A stretch of DNA of 64,000 bases from Azolla caroliniana (GCA_043228905.1 JBHGNT010000014.1:1364001-1428000), one strand, 5' to 3'; shown: positions 36,201 through 48,664, counted from the stretch's first letter. Notes: a model not told the origin generated them from the letters alone. Program-made: numbers and translations.

Positions 36201-38842
36201 GTTTTGCATGCGCTAGCATACTCCGGACCCTCTCCATTATGGTCCGGTTCATCCTCTTGGCCAGCCCGTTTAGTTCCGGCGTCTTCAGCACGGTAAATTC
36301 GAGCCGGATTCCTTTCGAGCGGCAGTACTCCTCGAACTGCCCCCGGTATTCTCCTCCGTTATCTGCTCGAACCGCCTTCAGCTTCCGGCCGGTTTCTCTT
36401 TCCACTCTCGCGTGAAGCTCTTTGAAGACGGATAGCACCTGATCCTTCGTCTTCAACGGTGTGGCCCACGGCTTCCGGCTGTGGTCATCTATGAACGTCA
36501 CAAAGTACTGCGCTCCGGCATGTGACTTCGTGTCTACTTGACACACATCAGTATGCACCAACTCCAGTGGTGCATTACGTCTCATCGGTGGCCTTGGTCG
36601 GAAAGAGGTCCGGTTTTGTTTACCGGCCAGACAATTAGTGCACTTCTCCAAGTGCACGTTCTTCACTGGAATGAGGTTGTCGTCTGCAAGCCTCTTCATC
36701 CCCTTCTCGCTCATATGACACAGTCTCTTGTGCCACAGCTCACCGGCAGCGTCGGATGCCAGGTTCACTTCTTCCGGACATAACCGGGCATTCATCAGCT
36801 ACAGTGTGTTGACCTTCCGGGCCCGAGTCACAATCAGGCTCCCTTTGCTGAACATCATGACACCGTTCCGGATGCTACCCGTGTAGCCTTCATCATCGAG
36901 CCGACCGGCTGATATCAGGTTCAAACGAACCTCCGGAACGTGTCAAACATCCTTCAGCAACAACTTGCATCCGGTTGGTGTTGACAGCCACACGTCTCTT
37001 ATGCCGATAATTCGGCATGTGCCTTCATTCCCCATCCGGACACAGCTGTGATCACCGGCTGAGTAGGATGAGAAGCATTTTCGGTCCGGGGTAAGGTGGA
37101 ACGATGCTCCGGAGTCTACCACCCAGGTCATCTCGTCGCCGGCAAGGTTTATCTCACTCTCTTCGATGATGAGCATCAACTCTTCTTCACTTGCCGTGAT
37201 TGCCGTCGTTCCCTTCCGGTCCGTTCCCCTCCGGTCTTTACCGTTCCGGTCTGGGGTCCGCTCCGAATCGGTACCGTCAGTTTCCTTGTCTTTACGGAAA
37301 TGCCGACAGTTCTTTTGGAAGTGTCCCGGCTTGCCGCAATAGAAGCAAGTAGGCCTCCCCCTTGACTTTGACCGTGTCCCCAACTTCTCCCGGTTCTGGG
37401 GACTACGGTTTCTCTGTCTTCCGCGTTCCGATTTGGTAAGGAGTGCTTTGGAGTCGGAGCTCGTATCTTTGTCTTTCCGAAGCGCCTCCTCATCTAGCAA
37501 GCTCGATTTTACTCTTGCTAGGGATAACCGCTTTCCTTCCGGCCCGGCGTTGCCCAAAGTGACAACCAACGTCTCCCAGCTATCCGGGAGGGAACCGAGC
37601 AGGAGTAGCGCTAATACCTCGTCGGCGAGAGGTACTTCCAATGATGTTTCCTGGTGTATCAGCCCCTAGAAGGCATTCATGTGCTCCGCCATGCTGGAGC
37701 CATCTTGGTACTGGAGTCTTACTAGCTTCCGGAATACCGAAACCTGATTAACAACATTTTTGTTTTCAAACATTATGCCGATCTTCTCCCACAGCTCATG
37801 AGCCTTGCTCTCCTCATTGAAGTTGTTGTACAGCCTCATGTCGATGAAGCACCGTATGTACGCCGTTGTCTTCATGTGCATCACCTCCCATATCGCGGCG
37901 TCAATTTTGTTCGGTCTCTTGTCCCCGAACTGAACCAGCAGCCAGAGGTCTTTAACCACGAGCATGTCCCTCATCTTCGACTTCCACACTGAATAGTTGG
38001 AGACGGTGAGCTTGAACATGCCGCCAAACGATTCGTCCATTTTCTGTGTCGTTTCGCTCTGATACCACTTGACGGGAACTACAACGTTCCTTATGCACAA
38101 TGCTCGGCCACAACCGAGATTCTTTTCATACACAGAAAACAGGAAACGAAAAAACGCGACACAAAGAGGAGAAGAGTACACAGGGTGTTTACGTGGAAAA
38201 CCCAAACTAGGGAAAAACCACGGCAGCCCACAGGCTGCAAACTGTCACTATGCTAGAATGTACAAAACAGTGAGTTCACGGAGGCAACGACCTCGTGCTC
38301 ACGATCTTCGCCACAAACGGCGGTTACAACAGAGGCAGCGACCTCTTTCTCTCTCTCTCTCTCTCTCTCTGTACACTGTTACGTGCTCTCTCTTCTTCTT
38401 GCACCAACAAGAAAATGACAACCACCAGTAAGTTTACCCTAAGTCATATTTATACTAATATGACTTTTCGGCTATTTACAAATATAGCCTCGATGGGCTC
38501 TCAAAAACATATTTACGAATATGTCTCTTCGTCCGGTTCTCACTGGGTCTGCACCATCCGGCTCTCCGTAGTCGGGTACTCCTCATCCGGTTCATACCGG
38601 GTCTGTACCATCCGGCTCTCCGTAGCCTCATCCGGTTCATACCGGGTCTGCACCATCCGGCTCTCCGTAGCCGGGTACTCCTCATCCGGTTCATACCGAG
38701 TCTGCACCATCCGGCTCTCCGTAGCCGGGTACTCCTCATCCGGTTCATATCGGGTTTGCACCATCCGGCTCTCCGTGGCCGGGTACTCCTCATCCGTCAC
38801 TGTTCTTCTCTCTTCCCATCCGGAGGGACCTGTCTCCCAACA
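33258..38842 (-). mobile_element. Full-length but decayed Ty1/copia retrotransposon; LTRs 38070-38842 and 33258-33987
   Basis: 5-bp TSD TCAGC. Met PBS TGGTATCAGAGC (38056-38067, minus). PPT GAAGGGGGAG. gag (CFYCGKPGH), WVVDSGAS, integrase, YVDD RT and RNase H. 54-bp tandem repeats in the LTRs. Confidence 0.96.
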
Positions 38843-39319
38843 TCAGCTGTTGATAGTTTCCGACTAGCATAGTACACTGGCCGGTACCAATTCCGCTCCG
38901 TGAGCTGCATTAGCGCACTACCTATTGCTATGTCTGAGGCATCTACGAACATGTGGAATGGCTTCACCCAAACTGGTGCCTGTACGACGGGTGCCTGTGT
39001 TAGCATTACCTTTAGCGCATCATACGCCTTCTCTTCCATTGCTGTCCATTTGAAAGGAGTCCGATGAACGACGACATGTAATGGCGTGGCGAAGTTCGCC
39101 AAATAGCGTATCATCCGACTGTGCCATCGTATTTGTCCTAGAAACCAGTTGAGTGCTTTTGCATTTGCCGTTGTTTTCGCGTGAGTAATCACGGAGATTT
39201 TGTTCGGATTGACCACTATCCCTTCCTTACTGACTATGTGGCCGAGGAGAGCCCCCCTGGTAACGCCGAAGGCGCATTTGGCGGGATTCAGGCTTAAGCG
39301 CGTGGTTCGGCAACGCTTA

Positions 39320-39693
39320 GATAGAGTGATGGAGTTGATTGCCATGGGAGCATCCTTTGATCATAGTGCAGATGGGTTCCTACACCTCACGTGTGAGGGA
39401 GGCCATTCACACCATCACATAGTTCATGCAGCTGACATGACTGGGCGAGAAATCGAGAGGGTGTTGATGGAATCTGTTCATAAGTGTGCCAATATCACAA
39501 TGTTTGCACACCATTTCGCAATAGCTCTGCTAACAAAGAAGGTGGATGTTATCCGAAACAATCGCTCTATGTTTCATATCCATCATCTCATGTTAAATTA
39601 TAGAATCTAAGCGTTCTCTATTTTGGAAAATCATAGGAGGAAACAACGGTTACTTGTTGTGGTGTGGATACTCTCGACACACAAATTTGTAAG
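39320..39693 (+). pseudogene. AO: L-aspartate oxidase (NAD biosynthesis) gene fragment, two exons
   Basis: DRVMELIAMGASFDH...HLTCEGGHSHHHIVHAADMTGREIER (to 39541), GT-AG intron 39542-39636, then exon EETTVTCCGVDTLDTQICK (39637-39693) followed by GT. No other AO exons were seen. Confidence 0.85.
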
Positions 39694-40497
39694 GTACTGA
39701 CTTTCTATCGAGAGAAAGAAATTGAGATTCGCAAAGAGATACCGTCTACCTCGAAAATCCTTTTCTAAATCATTTAGAGGAGTAAACTGAGTGATGCTTT
39801 ATGTGAAGAATTAAATAATTGAACACATTGATCAAACCAAGTAAAACTTGAGGAGAACTTTGAAGCCCCGCAACCTTTAAACAAAGAAACTGTATATTGT
39901 ATGGATTTCATGTTGTTCTGGATTTAGAACTTTCTTCTAGTTTATGTGCCATGTTAGATAGCACTATTGTGCAGTTGTTTGTTGATATCAAGGTGGCAAA
40001 TGAGTTTCCAATGCTAGTTATTGATCTGGCTACTTTACATTATTCTTAACAAGAATGCTCCATTAGGATTTGGTCTGAAGACTTAAGTGTTTCCACTGAG
40101 TTATAACACTCCATCCATGTATATGAATATTGTGATTGGATTGACTAGGAAAATGGTTTTTACTACGATTGTTTGTGGTGAATTTTCTTGAAAAGCTTTT
40201 GAATAAAAGTTGAGTATCTTTGTGAAAAAAATGACGTGATACTTTTTGTAGATTCAGGTAGTGAAAGTATAGTTGAGGTTGAAGTATGATTTATGGAAAC
40301 TTTCTCATGTTATCCATAAAGCTATCGTGGAAGAGTTAAGAGTATCTTAATTAAAAAAGGGATGCGCCATTTTTGGTAGATTTAAGCAGAGAAATCTATT
40401 TAGTTTAGGTACTCAAGGCAAGGGTGATGATTAAGGGTCGCAGATGTGAAGAATAGTGTTATTGATGGTATTTAATTCAAAATGTATTGTAAGATAC

Positions 40498-40955
40498 TGT
40501 TAGAGTGATGTTCTAATGTAAGCATATGATAAGCCTAATACATTATATATGAAATAAGAAAGGAGAAAGAGAAAGAAGGGTGCCGATCCACCCGACCACC
40601 CCCGAGTGAAGGGATCGAGACGAACTCGAGCCTTGATCGGAGTTCCATACCACCACCATGGCGTCGAGTCGTACCTGGTGCTGGCACGCTCGCTACAAGA
40701 GTTGACCCACCACAAGAACAGAGTCTCGACGTAGTCAAGAGATGATGAAATGAGGGTAGCTAGGCCTCATATTTATAGTGAGACCCAAGGCCCCCATGCA
40801 AGTTCACACTTGGCCTAATGGGTTGTCTCAATCCCGAGGATTAAAAGTAATCCTCCCCTTCTTTACACTCTCGTTTAAGCCTCGCAGTTATCCACGTGTA
40901 TAGAATACTACGGTAAATTCTCACTACGGGATATTATATGGTCATGCCCGTAACA
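40498..40955 (-). mobile_element. Solo LTR
   Basis: TGTTAG...GTAACA termini; 5-bp TSD GATAC/CATAC. Confidence 0.7.
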
Positions 40956-41064
40956 CATACCTTATGTTTGGGTTGAAAATTACGAGCCAGTGGGAGTCCA
41001 TGTAGTTAAGAAGCACATTCCTAACGTTAAGGTTGATTTACATGCCTCTTTTGAGATGTCAGAT

Positions 41065-42155
41065 TGTTGGAAATAGTTGTCAAGGGTGGAAACAATATCC
41101 AACACTATATGATGAAGATCATCAAGATTGGTATACAAACATACAGAATGTTCTCAAACAACTTAGCAAGATCAAGAAGATCTTTCTATAGAAACAAAGA
41201 GAGGGAGAGGGAGCAAGAGAGGCACACAAAATACAAATAGTATATTCAAAAATGGCAATTTGATATCATAAACTAGGTTACAATGTTGGTTATATAATAA
41301 CCAAGCTAGGGCAACTGCCATTTATGTTATGTACATAAATAACCTATCCTAGTTTATCCAGATGGAACAATGTGAATACGGCCATTATATACCCGTATTC
41401 GACACTTCCTCATAATGGGCGTATTCATCAAAGAATATGTAATACACAAAAGAAACATAATATAGATTATACAAGGAGATGATAAGTTGTTCTCCTCAAT
41501 CGGCATGGGCTGAATAACTAGAGCCCAATCGGCTCGTCCTATTGACTAGAGTCGGTGTCCCAAATGCCGAATGTCGAATGTTGAATACCAAATTCATCTC
41601 TATGTCCTAGTCGATCGAGCTGAAGCCGTAGTGTCTGAATCGACTGGACTCATACCTTTTATGCCCATCTAATGCCTTAATGACTAGCATCAGTAAACCG
41701 AAAGACATTTGGTCATCCCGTGCTACAGTGTCGGTCGTAGAGATTTACTCGAGACTGAGCTTCCCTGAAGTTACATAGTCCCGAACGAAGTAATATCAAA
41801 TGACAATATGCTTGGAGGTGTTGTGGTGAATCGGATTTTTTGATAGAGCGACAATAGCCTTACGACCACTATAGACCAGGGGAGCCGAATTGCAGTTGGT
41901 TTACCAAAATGTACGCACCAACTACCGAGCCATAAAGCTTCTTTCGCTATATTGGATGCGGCTACGTATTTGGCCTCAGTGATTGATGTGGTTGTGCACT
42001 CTTGAAGTTTCGACTTCCACGAAATTGCTCCATTGCCGAATTTGAAGTAATATCCTATTGTTGACTTTTGGCTGTCCACACAGTCGGCAAGTCCGAGTTG
42101 GTGTAGCTGACTATGGTTGAGTTCTTGTTTGGACTGAAGAGGTTGCCAAGGTCTT
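41065..42155 (-). mobile_element. Copia 3' remnant (RNase H, PPT, LTR about 41065-41404)
   Basis: DSQKSTIGYYFKFGNGAISWKSKLQ...EAKYVAA. LTR begins TGTCGAATACGGG as at 7007. Confidence 0.75.
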
Positions 42156-42289
42156 GTGTGCCCACCAGATATCCGACACCTATTGTAATAATAATAACAT
42201 TTCATATCTAACAACAATCCTAAATATCCTACATATCGTGTTTCAGATTCACATTCCTTCTGGACTCCAATACATCTTGCTTCACACTC

Positions 42290-42843
42290 TAACACGGATA
42301 GTCCTGCTTGGGGAATGGTTTTCGGTGGCGTTATCATCCATTGAAGTCGAGTATGTGGCCACAACACTAGCGGCAAACGAAGGCTCGTGGTTCAAAAGTA
42401 TTTTAAAAGAACTAGATGTAATAAATTTGTCACATATAAAAATTTATTGTGACAATCAATCTGGTATCAAGATTGCTATAAACAGTAATCTCTCTAACCA
42501 AAACAAACATATAGAGGCTAAGCATCACTTCATACGAGAATTAGTCAAAATGAAAGAGCTTGAAGTCCAATATACTTCAACGATCAGTGTGTGGGGTGAT
42601 TTTCGCACTAAACGGGTACCGCACCAAAAACATTGGCAGTGTTCAAAGTTGGAACTTAAGCAAGCTTGACCGCAACAAAGGAAGTATTTTGGTAAGAATA
42701 TAATATGAATATTTATAGGAGACGTTACACATAATAAAATATTACACTAGTTGGAACTTGTTTTGTAACTTACACATTTAAATATATTGTAAGTTTTCTA
42801 TATGAAGTGTACTCACTAGCATAATGAGATCTATATTCTTACA
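42290..42843 (+). mobile_element. Copia RNase H C-term remnant with probable short 3' LTR (about 42723-42843)
   Basis: VALSSIEVEYVA, IYCDNQS and KHIEAKHHFIRE. Purine tract AGGAGA followed by (C)GTTAC...TTACA. Confidence 0.65.
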
Positions 42844-42915
42844 TTGTGTCTCCATCCAAGTCAACCTCTCTTTCTCCCTCTCTCTCATTCGTGTGTTTTG
42901 CGAGCTCTACCAGCT

Positions 42916-45304
42916 ATGGTGAACTCAGGTGGTGCAGGATTTGACCCCAACACCTTCATCTTCACCTCCCCCCGAGGGAAGATGACCATCCAGCCGGACC
43001 TCACCATTCCCTCCTTCCTCTTCCAAACCACTTCTGCCCGGGCCTACCACCACCGACTCGCCATTGTCGATCCTTCCTCCCAACTCTCCCTCACCTTCTC
43101 CCAGCTCCGCTCCCGCATCCGCTCCGCCACCCGGGCCCTCTCCTCCCTCGGCATCTCCCAGGGAGATGTGGTCTTCCTCCTCTCCCCCAATTCAATCCAC
43201 TTCCCCGTCCTCTTCTTCGCCATTCTCTGGCTCGGAGGCGTGGCCACCACCGCGAACCCCGTGTACAGCCCGGGCGAGATCGCGAGGCAGGCCCGCGACT
43301 CGAGTGCCAAGCTCATCCTTGTACACCCCGACCTCCTCCCCAAGCTCTCCGGCTTGAACCTCCCAATCCTCGTCATTGACGGTGGTGCCGGCCCATCCCA
43401 ACCGGCCGTGAATCATTATCATCATCATCACTTGTTGTCCGATGCCGAGCGGCTCTCGGCCGCCCATGTCCCCCCGCCCGTCCGCATCCGGCAGACAGAC
43501 ACCGCCGCCATCCTCTACTCCTCGGGCACCACGGGCCTCTCCAAAGGCATTGTCCTCTCCCACCTCAACCTCATCGCCAGCTCCATGCAGACCAACTGGG
43601 ATGCCATCCGTTTGGGCGACACGGACCTCTCTTTCTTCGCGGTCACCCCATTCTGCCATGTCTATGGCCTCTCGTTCATCCTCTTCTCCCAATTGCAACG
43701 CGGCAACACGATTGTGACCATGCCGAGGTTCAATTTCGTGGGCATGTTGAAGGCCATCCAGGATTACCATGTCACCAGCCTACCGCTTGTCCCGCCCGTC
43801 ATGCTCGCGCTGGCGAAGCATGATGTGGCCCTCAAATATGACCTCACTTCGGTCATTGATATCACATCGGGAGCCTCCCCTCTCGTGAAAGAGACGGTCG
43901 ACGAAGCATTGAAACGATTCAAATGCCCCAATGTCCGCCAGGTAAAAATCGGGTTTCTCCACCTTTCTTGTATACAAATCATGCATACAATTTTGTCTCT
44001 GCCCATCTAAGTTGGATCATGTGTGTGAAGTTATGATGTTTCTCTCATTTCTCTTGAGTATGGCATGAATTAGGGTTATGGGATGACGGAAACGGCAGGA
44101 GTCATATCCATCTTGCCCCCTAGGACGGAGGCGAAAAACTTCGCCACGGTCGGGCCTTTAGTAGCGGGAATGGAAGCCGTGGTGGTCGATCCCAGCTCAG
44201 GCAAGAGACTGCCTCCCAACAAGCAAGGGGAGTTATGGGTTAGAGGACCCAATGTAATGCAAGGTCTTTTATTCTAACACTAAACCAACAAAAAACAAAA
44301 CTTCTATAACCAAAATCAAATATGTATATTGGGGATTTGTTAGGTTGCTAAAAAAACAGCAAGAAAGAGAATCTTGACAATTTTTAAGTGACTTTGGAAT
44401 TGGGTACATAGGTTTTACCTAAACAACAATTTTAAGTCACATAGGAATGGGTACATAGGTTATCTAAACAATCTCGAAGCAACTGCTTCAACTCTGGAGA
44501 AAGACGGTTGGCTCCACACTGGTGATCTCGTGTACATTGACGATGATGGATATATCTACATCATGGATCGGTTGAAGGAGCTAATCAAATACAAAGGCCT
44601 CCAGGTATTGAATCCCATTCAAAATCCGGGATTGACGGAACATGTGGGGTTCCTTCGCATACATGTTCATAATATGTTGGAATCGAGTAGATATTTTGTA
44701 TGTTGTTCTGATGCACCCAAGAGAGAATCAATTTCACAATTCGAAAAAGGATATTATTCCGATGGTTAAGAATCAAATTAAATTTTTTTACTCTCTACTA
44801 TGTCGAAGGTTGCACCATCGGAGCTCGAGGCATTGCTCTTGACCCATCCAGAGATTGAAGATGTTGCGGTGGTGCCGTAAGTGGGAATGGAATATGTGAG
44901 CCATTTTGTAGTGTGTATATGTATATATTAATGTGTCCTTACATTTATTGTATCATTTTGTTAATAGGCTGCCCGACGAAGATGCCGGGGAAGTGCCGTT
45001 TGCATATGTTGTTAGATCAAAGGGGAGTTACTTGCAAGAGAGTGATGTCATTGAATTCATGGCTCCTCAGGTATCATATTGAGTTGGAATCGTTGTGTTT
45101 TATACCTAATGTTTTGTTCCGAACGAAACAATGGGAAGATGATTGAATTCATGGGCTTCCATTTTTTTCCATTAATTTATTTTTTCCTAGGTTGCTCCAT
45201 ACAAGAAGGTGCGAAAGGTAAGCTTTATCGATGCAATCCCGAAATCAAGTTCGGGAAAGATTCTGCGCCGAGAACTTCCTTGGGCTCCCTCATCAAGGCT
45301 TTGA
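42916..45304 (+). CDS. 4CLL: 4-coumarate:CoA ligase-like peroxisomal acyl-CoA ligase, copy 2 (548 aa, 6 exons)
   Basis: Exons 42916-43941, 44074-44263, 44459-44604, 44809-44876, 44968-45070, 45191-45304. Exons 2-6 are the same size as in copy 1; all introns GT-AG; no premature stops seen. Ends PWAPSSRL* (PTS1). Confidence 0.93.
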
Positions 45305-47118
45305 ATTTGCCCCCTCCCTAGAAATAGTTTTTGTACATGTCCTTGCAATCATTAATTATATGCCCTCCCCCATTAAAGATATGCATTAAGTCCGCATTGA
45401 GAAGACTTTGTGTATTTATATAATTATTTTATGTTTTAATTTAGGAGATGTCTTTAGAACAAATCACCAATGTTTCTTCACAATTTCAAACCATGCATGT
45501 GCTCTGGAAGCACGAGAGTTGCTCTAGTTTTTCTATGGAGAGATGATTCTTTGAACATTAAACCTCAAGCAACTTGCACCATAGGTTAGTCTAGACTAAT
45601 TATCTAGTGAAACCTATTGTTAGTCTAGACTAGTTATCAGGTGAAACCTATACGGTTAGTCAAGAGTAATTTTCTGGTGAAAACTTGAACGTTAAACATC
45701 ATCGAACAACTTTCATGATAGGGGGTTACTTTTGAGTATTATGTAGCAAATCTTTTAGCATCGAACATAATTGTTTGGTGTAGGATAATTGTACAATGAG
45801 ACTTTGAGCATTAAACATTTGACAGCTTGTAATGTAGCGAATCATTGGCCATTATGTACGAAGATTGCATTGCATTTATACTTGACAATTTTGATGTTAA
45901 AAATTGCATTGTAAAGATTCAATGCAAAGAAATGTGCAAACATGATGACATAGATTAGCTTGTGTTATGTTATGGTTATCAAAGATTAGGTTGCGTTGTT
46001 ATGTTATGGTTATCATTCCATATTCCCTAAGAGAATGGTTTGTACACCTTAGAGATTGTTGCCAGAATAAAGGTGGTATTGTTGGCCTTTACCCAAAAAA
46101 ACCCTTTGATATCGACATATATCAAACAAGAGGGTTTATTGGTGAAGGTAAACTACACGCGATATCATAGTTAAAGATGTAGGACCCACATGTATGCATG
46201 CCGAATATCGAGTTTCTAGTTTCTATATTCAATTAGCTTAAGGGTATGAAAACCGTTGGAATGTGATAACATTACCTTTTAAGGAAATCCTAAAAGAGTA
46301 CTAATATCATTGACATCATCACATTTCCAATAATTTGCAACTCCAAAAGGAATGCGTTTCAACTTTGTAAACAGAGAGTGAAAATGAAAGAATAGAGTGT
46401 TGACAAACCATATGTACTAAGTGGTTGCTTAGTCACAAATTATCTTGCACAAATCCACCCATTGTATGTCTTTTGTTGAAGCTACAACCAAATTAAACAT
46501 GATTTTGCTTGGCTCTCAACATATTGTCCACAGGTCAGTGCCACCAAGGTAAATGGAACCAATAAGAACTTGACACTTTCGTTTCTTGTTGTCATAATTT
46601 AGAGTGAAATGGTTCCTTGTTTGGTAGTACATGTGTGCAACATGAATGGGAAGACATGTAAACATAAATATACTAAGGTTTTTCTAGGATAGTGCCACAT
46701 ACACATCATGGCAAAGGTTAAGAGGTAAAGAGTGAGCCGTCAAAACTTATGGTTGAAACCTATTATCTATTCATGGAGCTAAGACATCTGTTGTGCTATT
46801 TAACCCATCAAATTGGGCACATCTATGAGTAACTTCATGAGCCATACAAACTCTCTTCGTAGAATACAATGTTAGCCTCAATGAGGAGCCCGCATTGTGA
46901 CACCCAATGTATGTTTTTTCTCATATATCAAACAAGAGGGTTTATTGGTGAAGGTAAATTGAAGTAGGACCCACGTGTATGCATGTGGAGTATCGAGATT
47001 CTGGTTTCTATGTTCAATTAGCTTAAGGGTATGAAAACCGTTGAACAGGATAACATGGCCTTTTAAGGAAATCCTAAAGGAGTATTGATATCATTGACAT
47101 TATCACATTTCCAATAAT
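45305..47118 (+). repeat. 3' flank of copy 2 (inverted homolog of 9479-11153) with local duplications
   Basis: Collinear with the copy 1 flank. About 35-bp triplication at 45580-45680; about 46115-46335 re-duplicated at about 46922-47118. Confidence 0.8.
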
Positions 47119-47199
47119 TGAGAACCAAAAGTTACAATAGGCTTATTCTAAAATCAAGTTCTAAACATGACAGCAAGTTGAGAACCACAGTCTACATTC

Positions 47200-47570
47200 T
47201 GAGACAAATCAATAATGGAGGTATTACATTTAATACTTAGAGACACATTCTATATAAATAGACATAAATTTAGCATTGTAGAATTTATTCAATGGGGTAC
47301 CATTTTCATATTTTGCAAAATCGGGGTTAATACTACATGAAATTCCATTCCTTATCACGAAATTGGATAAAGAAAAAATGATAGATGGAATATGAAACTA
47401 TTGATTTTCTTGTAATGAAAATAATTAGTTAAAATTTTTGGTATGTTTTAAGAAACCATGTATGCATGCGTCATACCATCGTGAAATTGTGTTGAAATAA
47501 GCCATTTTTTAACATCTGTCAAAGAAGTAAAAACAAAACACGACATATTACTTACTTCAAATGTCTAGGA
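47200..47570. mobile_element. Diverged terminal remnant of the same TIR transposon family (MTase-side end)
   Basis: Reverse complement aligns with 48720-49010. TIR-like ACGACATATTACTTACTTCAAATGTCTAGG at about 47540. Confidence 0.6.
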
Positions 47571-47879
47571 GGGTTCCGCACGACATATTACCTCACAAAT
47601 ATTTATTCATTGGGTTGCTTGACCAACAATCCTTATCATACCAAAACTAGTCATGCGACATAATCAAGCATGTCTATTTGTCCCATTATTTTCATATTTT
47701 GGCCTTATTTTCTTTTACACTCATCCAATAGACAACAAAAGTTTGATGGAAATATGGAATTTTTAAAAATGATATCCTATCTTCTTACTATTTCATGCAT
47801 AGAACAAAAACTTGACCTTTATGAGTAACTTTTATAGGTGCCATTAGAATTAATTCTTTATACAAAAGTTTTCATGAGT

Positions 47880-48230
47880 GTTGTCATGCTCTCAATATAC
47901 ATGGTCGAGTCTTCGGGTCCAGTTTTCCCCTCTGGTCCTTTGTAACATGCACATAGCCAAGACAACCAAACAACCTCAGATGCCTATACAACACATCTTT
48001 GTCGGTCCACACCTTTTGTGGACATCTCTGTCCAAGGGTGTTGAGGGTGATCTGTTTATCACGTAGATCGTCGTCATTAACACCTCACCCGAAAACTTCT
48101 TGGATAGTTTGGCATGGGCAACCATGCTCCAGACTCTTTCTATAACAATCTGGTTCATTCGCTCGGCTTGTCCGTTCAGCTCTTGTGTCTTTGGCATGGT
48201 GTATTCGAGCCAGATTCCCTTCCCTCCCTG
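47880..48230 (-). mobile_element. Copia integrase fragment
   Basis: ELNGQAERMNQ...YVINRSPSTPL; homologous to 36000-36330. Confidence 0.8.
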
Positions 48231-48311
48231 CACACAACCTACAAAGCATAGCAAACCGAAGCCAATATATATATATGTATGTATGTATGTATGTGTGTGT
48301 GTATGTATATA

Positions 48312-48664
48312 TTGTTAGAAGTTATAATTAACTAATTAGCTATCAGTGAACAACTACTTAGTTAATTACTAAATATAACCCCACACCCCAAGTTATTATT
48401 AGTAAAGGAAAACAGATTTCATGTTAGTTGTAATTCAAAAAAGCTTGCCTCATTTTTCCCTCCACTTCCTTTGCTATATAAAGAGGAAGTTGGGGAACCT
48501 ATTTGGTGTGCTCTCTACATCCTTGCATCTTTTAGCCATCACTCTTAGTGGTTGTATTACTGGCTTGTTTTTTAATCAAATTTCTTATTGCTTTCCAAGT
48601 TATTCCATAATTCTTGTATGTCATAATCTTGTACCCTACCAAAATCTCAACATGGTATCAGAGC
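48312..48664 (+). mobile_element. Copia 5' LTR (48312-48652) plus Met PBS, interrupted by DNA transposon B
   Basis: TGTTAG...TCAACA immediately followed by TGGTATCAGAGC. Confidence 0.8.

Larger units (their letters stand above)
27354..39318 (-). mobile_element. 5'-truncated non-chromoviral Ty3/gypsy element (RT C-term, RNase H, integrase, extra 3' ORF, 3' LTR about 27354-28523) with nested copia and solo LTR
   Basis: LNPAKCAFG, VDASDIAIG, YYASRKLS|AERNYSTTERE, GLDFVGP, SDQGSHF, GLAESTNK, WTGPY. Long coiled-coil extra ORF at 28900-31438. LTR limits are approximate. Confidence 0.88.

Noticed and set aside
39200-39610. Intact L-aspartate oxidase gene or functional chimeric protein
   Set aside because: Only two internal exons are present; the N-terminal part of the ORF is antisense gypsy RT and the C-terminal part is intron.
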